In this document: piece by piece, positions 63,769 to 64,000 of the stretch
How the letters are laid out: every line of letters starts with the position of its first letter
Numbering within the stretch: position 1 is the stretch's first letter
Assembly: GCA_016210745.1 (NCBI GenBank)
Contig: JACQTO010000108.1
Location: 9,563 to 73,562 of the forward strand
Reading direction: 5' to 3'
Source of the DNA: Betaproteobacteria bacterium
Lineage (GTDB): Bacteria > Pseudomonadota > Gammaproteobacteria > Burkholderiales > SG8-39
Length of the DNA: 64,000 nt
Notes under the pieces: model-generated
The model's input: the letters and a program-made list of their open reading frames with translations, nothing else
Told to the model about the DNA's origin: nothing
Databases searched by the model: none
Made by a program: the position numbers and the translations under genes

Positions 63769-64000
63769 TTACCAACCCTTGTCGGTCGACCCGACCATGC
63801 GCGTCTTGGTCCCGGTGGAGGCAAGCGTCAGCGTGCCATCGTCGGCCTGCGTCGTGCCGGTCGGATCGGCGCTGATCGAAAATGTCGGCGGCGGTCCGGC
63901 TGCGAGCGTGACCGTAATGACGTACTTTCCGTTGGTGCAGGTCGCGGTGCAGGTCCAGCCGTCCTTGTTCCCGATGTTGAGCCCGCCCGAACCTATCGTG
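63769..64000 (-). CDS. C-terminal part of an unidentified protein upstream of fimT (possibly pilin-like; gene continues past the right edge)
   Basis: The open minus frame ends ...GNKDGWTCTATCTNGKYVITVTLAAGPPPTFSISADPTGT...GSTDKGW with stop TAA at 63771-63769. The GWTC...C pattern is only suggestive of a pilin disulfide loop. Confidence 0.3.
   Translation of the reverse strand, partial: TIGSGGLNIGNKDGWTCTATCTNGKYVITVTLAAGPPPTFSISADPTGTTQADDGTLTLASTGTKTRMVGSTDKGW

Overview
GC-rich proteobacterial chromosomal window. The gene order glyA-nrdR-ribD-ribE, divergent pmbA/yjgA and mogA looks beta/gamma-proteobacterial. It is densely coding: about 55 protein genes and one tRNA-Thr. I saw no rRNA, CRISPR array, transposase, integrase or recognisable defence-system protein.

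Content from left to right:
- EI24-like membrane protein (partial), cytochrome c, DUF1847 protein, hrpA, and an orphan NinX/DUF2591 gene.
- D-Ser/D-Thr-type PLP enzyme and an amidohydrolase.
- A DSF-like signalling locus: RpfC-like hybrid kinase, RpfF-like crotonase, dedicated KAS and ACP, and a REC-adenylate cyclase.
- VOC protein, HD protein, ribE, ribD, nrdR, glyA, Crp/Fnr regulator, Mut7-C protein, threonine dehydratase, histidine phosphatase, M61 peptidase and DegQ.
- A form-II (AYRGAGR) CODH-like Mo-hydroxylase cluster with mocA/xdhC and coxSLM-D-(malonyl-CoA decarboxylase)-E-G.
- A signal-peptide methyltransferase, an APC permease, an FAD oxidoreductase, TRAP dctQM with a convergent dctP, and a TPR/OGT protein.
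- pmbA, yjgA, mogA, a solute-binding protein, a PilZ protein, a USP, tRNA-Thr, a double-glutaredoxin protein and an Irr-like Fur.
- A type IV pilus minor-pilin operon (fimT-pilV-pilW-pilX-pilY1).

The most unusual signal is non-coding. Three unrelated families of structured intergenic repeats give 13 copies in 64 kb.
- R2 has seven copies of about 140 nt with conserved flanks and a hairpin that changes by compensatory substitutions. All seven point the same way relative to the start codon of the adjacent gene.
- R3 has two inverted copies of a roughly 180-nt three-hairpin module, again with compensatory changes.
- R1 has four copies of an 85-115 bp palindrome (A-tract, GGGGTCAGAGTAAC arms, T-tract), always at gene 3' ends.

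Secondary points of interest are the DSF-like locus with its own ACP/KAS and a cyclase output, a 1576-aa PilY1 carrying six tandem modules, and a malonyl-CoA decarboxylase embedded in the cox accessory genes. I could not identify a clear novel protein-based system. All functional calls rest on motifs recognised by eye, not on searches.
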